Positions 58,044 to 64,000 of a DNA stretch of 64,000 nt are shown piece after piece. The translations under genes and the position numbers were made by a program. Source of the stretch: Chrysomallon squamiferum (Eukaryota > Animalia > Mollusca); assembly GCA_012295275.1 (NCBI GenBank), contig CM022669.1, forward strand, positions 682,001 through 746,000. The letters are read 5' to 3'. Within the stretch, counting starts at the first letter, position 1; each line of letters starts with the position of its first letter. Under the pieces are notes generated by a model, which had not been told where the DNA came from, made no database searches, and saw nothing but the letters and a program-made list of their open reading frames with translations.

Positions 58044-58361
58044 CATCACAACTGTAAAAACAACATTTAAATAACAGCATCATCACAACTGTAAACACAA
58101 CATTTAAATAACAGCATCATCACAACTGTAAAAACAACATTTAAATAACAGCATCATCACAACTGTAAAAACAACATTTAAATAACTACATCATCACAAC
58201 TGTAAAAACAACATTTAAATAACTACATCATCACTGTTAGCAGAGTAACCATCACAACTGTAAAAACAACATTTAAATAACTACATCATCACAACTGTAA
58301 AAACAACATTTAAATAACTACATCATCACAACTGTAAAAACAACATTTAAATAACTACATT
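58044..58361. repeat. 37-bp minisatellite (catcacaactgtaaaaacaacatttaaataacagcat) containing the exon acceptor
   Basis: Units at 58044, 58081, 58118 and onward, 8 copies with one interruption. Confidence 0.95.
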
Positions 58362-59022
58362 AATAATTGTATTATTAATATCAATATTAATAGCAGTAGT
58401 AGTAATAACAGTGGTTGTAGTAGCAATAATAGTAGTTTTAGTAGATCTAGCTGCAATTGAAGTAATATAGGTAATAAAAGTAATAAAAGTAGTAGCAGCA
58501 GCAGCAATGGTAATAATGGCAACAATAACAACACAACATTTATTTTAAATATATATATATATATATAATGTGTATTAACACAAGCAGTTCATGAACAGTT
58601 ATGGGTAAGCAAAACAAAAGTTGTAAAAGCAGAGAAAAAAAACTCAAATAGATAGTTTTCTAACTAGTCCCAGACCTAGCAGTGTGCTTTAATCAACACA
58701 GAAATCAATGTGGAGTCAGTGTATGGCTGGTGATGTGCGTTTGTCAAAGAAAGATGTGTGGTTAGCACAATACACCCAAATCTGTGCAGCAGTTTAAACT
58801 GATAAATGCAGGGATCAGACAGAATTGGTAATAATACAACTTTTCTAAAAATAAACTGCAGTGCTCAGTGCCTCTCATCTCTCTGAGAAAGATGTAAAGC
58901 TTTTCATACAGCTTTTAATCTTTTTCTGTACACATTTATCAAAGACTGAATATTGATGTGTCGTTAGGCTGTTACAGACTCAGGATAATGAACATTTTAT
59001 TTTATTATCATTATTAAAAAAA

Positions 59023-59088
<66 letters not shown>

Positions 59089-59864
59089 AGATCTTCAGAC
59101 AAAACAGTGTGTTGAGAAGTCAGGTGTACTAATTATACATAAGTCTGTTCTTTTATTCATAGACAAGTCAGTAAAATTATTCATATATTGTATTGATCCA
59201 TGAATATATACACTGTCTTAATTCAGTATGTAATAAAAGTGGTATTGATGTTAGGTTTCTTGAAGCAAGTTTTAACCTGTCATTTAGTGATTTTGTAGAA
59301 ACAGACCACAAGAAACTGTTACTCATAAACATTGTCAAAAACAGACTGCCAGGACAAACAGACACTGTCAGAATGGACTGTCATGACAAGTGACTGTCAG
59401 AATGGACTGTCGTGACAAAGAGACACTATCAGACCAGACTGACATGACAGAGACACTGTCAGACTAGATATGTGACAGACAGTCACTGCTATTCATCACT
59501 TTCCCAGGAAACATCCAGTCACACATATTTTATTATTCTATTTCACGTATCTAAATAAATTTACCAATACAACTTTTTGTGCTTTTTAAAAGTAAAAATG
59601 TTTTTAACTGACACATTGCTGTAATTACTAGTTAAAATTCATGGTTATAATATACTTATTTAAAAAAATAAAAAAAAATTATCTGCAAGACAACCCTTGA
59701 ACATATATAACAAATTAGTAATCTTGGAGTTCTCTCCCCTTACACTAAAATTACAAATAATCTAGTTTATAAGAAACATCTTGAAAATAAATATTTATGA
59801 GAAACAGACTGTTTTTTTGTTTTTGCATGTGTGTATGTGTGGATGTGTGTGTGTGTGTGGATGT

Positions 59865-60185
59865 GTGTATTTATGTGTGCATATTAATATATATGAATGT
59901 GTATTTTGTGTGTATGTGTGTGAGTATATTAATGTATATGTATGTGTATAGAGTGTGTGTGTGTGTGTGAGTGCATATTAATTTATATGAATGTTTATTA
60001 TGTTTGTGTGTGTGTATTTGTGTGTGCGTATTAATGTATATGAATGTGTATTGGGTGTGTATGTGTGTGTGTGTGTGTGAGCACGTATTAATGTATATGA
60101 ATGTGTATTGGGTGTGTATGTGTGTGTGTGTGTGTGTGTGTGCGCATGCATATTAATGTATATGAATGTGTATTGGGTGTGTGTC
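59865..60185. repeat. (TG)n-embedded ~60-bp repeat (gcatattaatgtatatgaatgtgtattgggtgtgt)
   Basis: Recurring core separated by TG tracts. Confidence 0.85.
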
Positions 60186-60933
60186 TATTTACAGAGAAAA
60201 AAAAAAAAAAAAAAATTGTCCTCACTACAACCAACTCCATGCACAGTATCAACATAAATAAAAAAAACAATAATAAATAAATAAAATAAATAAATAAATA
60301 AATAAATAAATAAATGAATGAATAAATAAATATACACATGGTGGAGAATTAGCAGAAGCAGGAATTACTGAAATGCGTCACAGAAGTTTCTATAGCAACC
60401 AATCAGTTTAGACTGATTACTATGTGTGTGTTTGTGTGTGTATGTGTGTGTTTGTGTGTGTTTGTGTGTATACAAGTGCATATGTGTTAGTAAATGATGT
60501 GCAAGAATTAGGTCTATTATTACATGCTACAATAGTGACTTTGGGTGTTTGCTTGTTTTATGTTTTCTTCTTGGATTATTGTTTATTCTGGGTTTATAGC
60601 ACTAACCTTGAAATAATTGTTTTAACTAACAATGTGTTTCACATTTCTCAAAGTGCTGTACATCAAATAAATTTCTGTTATGGTGCCAGATTAACAGACA
60701 CATTATATATTTTTAAATAAACCATTTTAACAATTTCTGTGTTAGTTATCTTTTATTACTGAAGTCAAATTTAACACATCATCATTTGATTAGTTTTTTG
60801 GTAGGACTGCTCTATCTCTTAACATCGTAAAATTTAAATCTCTGTATTTCTGCAGTTATTTATTAATATCCAAACGTAACAGGTAATACACATTTAAACA
60901 TAGCCATACAACATGTATATATATATTCTTTCA

Positions 60934-61040
60934 TGACAGAATCAGACCCAGTGACAATTATACAGGCTTGGAATTCATTATAGAAATCAGAGCAAAATGA
61001 CTGCTCAAGTCACTTACACAACTAACAGCATAATCATCTA

Positions 61041-61071
<31 letters not shown>

Positions 61072-61140
61072 CAGTCATTTTGCTGGTATTCTATAATGAA
61101 TTCAAAGACTGTATAATTGTCAACGGTTCTGTTGGGGTCA
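60934..61140. mobile_element. MITE-like foldback element with ~52-bp imperfect inverted arms around a (TA)n-containing spacer
   Basis: Left arm tgacaattatacaggcttggaattcattatagaaatcagagcaaaatgactg (60952-61003) matches the reverse complement of 61072-61122 (tgacaattatacagtctttgaattcattatagaataccagcaaaatgactg). Confidence 0.6.
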
Positions 61141-61386
61141 TTTAACTGACAAAATTTTCTTCAACAACAAATGTGATTATATTCTAATGATATAGTGTTT
61201 GTAGTTACTATTTACAGCATTTTCATTCCATAATATAACATTGTTTCTATTTGTTCAAAACAAAATAATAAATAATTTGTCAAGAAGGCAACAGAAAAAA
61301 TAAAACAGCCTGTAAAATCTGACACATTTCAGTCCACTGATTAATTCATTAAATCATTCAAAAGGTAAAATTAAGAATCACCTGCC

Positions 61387-61428
<42 letters not shown>

Positions 61429-61856
61429 TATTATTATTATTATTAATTATTATAAATTGATTAATTGATAATTTAATTAATTAATTAAATTATGCTAAAT
61501 AATTTTGTCTTCTGTCCAGGCTATCTGTATTATTTTATTTTTAATCATCCGGAATCAAGATATTTTCATGCTTCAGCTCCAATCTGTTTAAAATTATAAC
61601 GAACAGGCTTGTCAGACATTATTAGTAAATTACAAAATTGATAATTATAAATTATAATGGAATATTTAAATTATGCAACAGTGAACGATAATCATAATAA
61701 TAAAAATAATTCAATGAATACAATACTGAATAGGGTTGGATGCTCCATCGATTACTCCAAAAATATTCATAAATGAATGGCAGTTTCCTTTACACAAATT
61801 GAGCACGTTCTTATCGTCTTGTAGTGTAATATTTGTTACAGTTTAACATTGTTTAC

Positions 61857-62040
61857 CTTATTTGCTTCGGATCAAACAACGTTGTTTACTTGCTGATTGT
61901 CCTCATTATGGAATAGACTGGGAATATATCATTTGTTATGTTAAGGAAATTGTAATGATACCGTATCAGACATTGTAAAACTGGTTGATGTATTTCTGTA
62001 TTTCTACCGGATTTTGACGCGAACCACAGTTGAAGATCAT
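61857..62040 (-). other. Candidate non-coding exon 1 of the MYORG-like gene (5' end approximate)
   Basis: Donor TAAG|gtaaac at 61857 in the CpG-containing zone next to DCTN3. The 58051 acceptor requires an upstream exon. Confidence 0.4.
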
Positions 62041-62282
62041 TGCCTATCTTTCTTTTTACTTGTAAGATCTCTAGATAATATTTGTTAATTATTTTGCATA
62101 AATTTCGCTGATGTATATGAAAATAATATTATATTTAGTTAATACAATGCAGTATAGTAACTATTGTTGTGATTTCAATTTCATTTGAGTTTAAAATTCA
62201 CGTTGTCTATATTTACTAGTGTTTTATAGCGGAATGTGTTTCTCAAGTTTTAGGTGAATAATACATAGGAAGAAGATTCAGA

Positions 62283-62381
62283 ATGGCTGATGCCAGTGAC
62301 TTGGACACTTTGGAGAAGAAAATCGAATCTTTGGAGGCTATTGTATTTGGAAATGCCGAAAAAGATGCACAGTATCCAAAG
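62283..62381 (+). CDS. DCTN3: Dynactin subunit 3 (p22/p24) first coding exon: MADASDLDTLEKKIESLEAIVFGNAEKDAQYPK
   Basis: ATG in good context (agaATGG), 33 codons, donor AAG|gtagaa in phase 0. The heptad LxxLExxIxxLExxVFG pattern resembles the DCTN3 N-terminus (human LQRLQARVEELERWVYG, from memory). Too short for the ORF track. Confidence 0.8.
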
Positions 62382-63709
62382 GTAGAATGATTTGGTAAAA
62401 CTGTTCAAGCCGTTTTGTGGTTCTTGCACTGTTAAATTAGTATTAGTACAATTAATGCCTGACGTTTCGTTCGTTTCAACTTTCACTTTTCAGTTTAAAC
62501 CTTTTTATCTGTGTTAAAAACTTTAAATTGAGTATTTTGTTACGTTTTGTTAATAAAACTAGAAAAATATTTAATCTTATAATAACTAAGTTATTTATAT
62601 TGTTTTAAAAGGAATTTATATAAATACATAATTATAATATCAAATCGCTACACATGAATGATGAAACTTGAAAGCTTAAATTCAAAACATTCCTATAATT
62701 TACAAAAATAAAAATATAAGCTGTTATAATCTAAATGATACAACAGATAAGCAGTGAAGTGCATTTCAGTTATCCATTATTTGTTTCAAGTTATATAGTT
62801 TTACTAAATCATAATTCTACCTCATTGCATTCAAATTTTTCTGGTTTCAGTCAAAACTAACAAAAATCCTGCACAGAAGTTCAGATTGATTTTGTTTTTG
62901 AATACATTAATTTGATGTAACTGTTAAAGTGACCTTCCTAATTCAATTTTGCACTGAAGTGATTTCATAACAAAGATATTTAAACTGACTTGTTTCTTTT
63001 GATAAGATTATAGATTTAGATGATTATTTTGTTATCAGTTAAAAAAACAAACAAAAAACAAAACAAATCAAAATTAAAATAAAGTGAATTTAATAACTTT
63101 AAATTTTTTTTTCTCACTCAGTTCTCTTTTGTGGTTTTTATTATTACTATTATTATTTACTTTTATTTTTATGACATTTAATTAATATTATTATTTTAAA
63201 TTTAATCTTCCTTATTTTAACCTTTTATTTGACTGTTCTCATCTTGTATATGTTATATATGCATTAAATATATGTGATCTATGATTTATATAATTTTAAT
63301 TGCTTGCTTTCTGCAATGATGTTCATGTTTTTGCATATTTTAGTGCACAATTCCTTAAAGAAATACTCAGGACAAATCAGAATTTTATATTTTTGTAAAT
63401 AGTCCCAATCCATTTGAAACATATATATTTTTTTAAATGAAATATAATAATTTAGAATTAAGAAAAAAATGTGTGTGTGTGTGTGTGTGTGTGTGTATTG
63501 TTTGTCAAGAATACTTTATAACATTTATTAATGACTTAGTGGTTATAATCAATCCAGCTAAAGAAATATGCTGATTTCATAATATGTATCAAACTATTAA
63601 TATGTTATTAATAAAGTTAAATAAATGCAGCAGTTTGACCTGAGTGTACCTTTAAACCCCCTCTGTGTTCATGTTTTGTATGTGTATAAATATTTGCATG
63701 TTTTTTCAG

Positions 63710-63730
63710 GGTTCATCGACAGACGAGCAG
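63710..63730 (+). CDS. DCTN3: Candidate 21-nt microexon of DCTN3 (GSSTDEQ)
   Basis: tttgcatgttttttcag|GGTTCATCGACAGACGAGCAG|gtaatc has strong acceptor and donor sites. It is phase 0-0, has no stop, and is GC-rich against AT-rich flanks. Confidence 0.6.
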
Positions 63731-64000
63731 GTAATCATATTTTAATCAGTTTTTTTCAAATTACAAAGGCAGAGTAGTTGTAGGTTACCTTGGTGATGAC
63801 ATTTTGTATGCATTAATTTCATTAAATATAACTGCATAACAAATCTTATTTTTTATATTTTTTAACTTCAGAATTTAAATACTTTAAAAAAAAGTTCCTT
63901 TATAATGTGTCTTTAACAGTTATATTGCTTGTTAATATTTCTTTCTTTTTCAAGGTTAATAGTTAATACAGTTTAATTTTTTTAAACAAACTAAATATAA

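Larger units (their letters stand above)
61700..62560. promoter_or_regulatory. Bidirectional promoter region between the MYORG-like gene (-) and DCTN3 (+)
   Basis: CpG dinucleotides reappear locally between two CpG-poor gene bodies, and the divergent first exons lie within about 0.4 kb. Confidence 0.55.

Overview
This is AT-rich, microsatellite- and minisatellite-dense animal genomic DNA, probably from an invertebrate such as a mollusc (inferred from composition only). It is not prokaryotic, and almost all entries in the ORF track are repeat artefacts. The main gene is a minus-strand MYORG/SITS-binding-protein-like GH31 gene. It has a 1.95-kb terminal coding exon (27073-29022) and a first coding exon about 29 kb upstream (57938-58012) that splices in phase. 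It also has a probable alternative first exon (43725-43769) encoding an MGxxxS-CC acylation-type N-terminus, a probable non-coding exon 1 near 61.9 kb, and a probable 3' UTR of about 4.8 kb. The GH31 active-site motifs are degenerate, so the protein looks like a pseudo-glycosidase. Head-to-head with it is DCTN3 (dynactin subunit 3) coding exon 1 (62283-62381, +), followed by a candidate 21-nt frame-preserving microexon (63710-63730). The first ~22 kb is CpG-retaining, motif-rich non-coding DNA with several candidate 5' exons of a minus-strand gene that leaves the window on the left. I see no CRISPR array, rRNA, tRNA or autonomous transposon ORF. All homology calls come from recalled sequences, not database searches.
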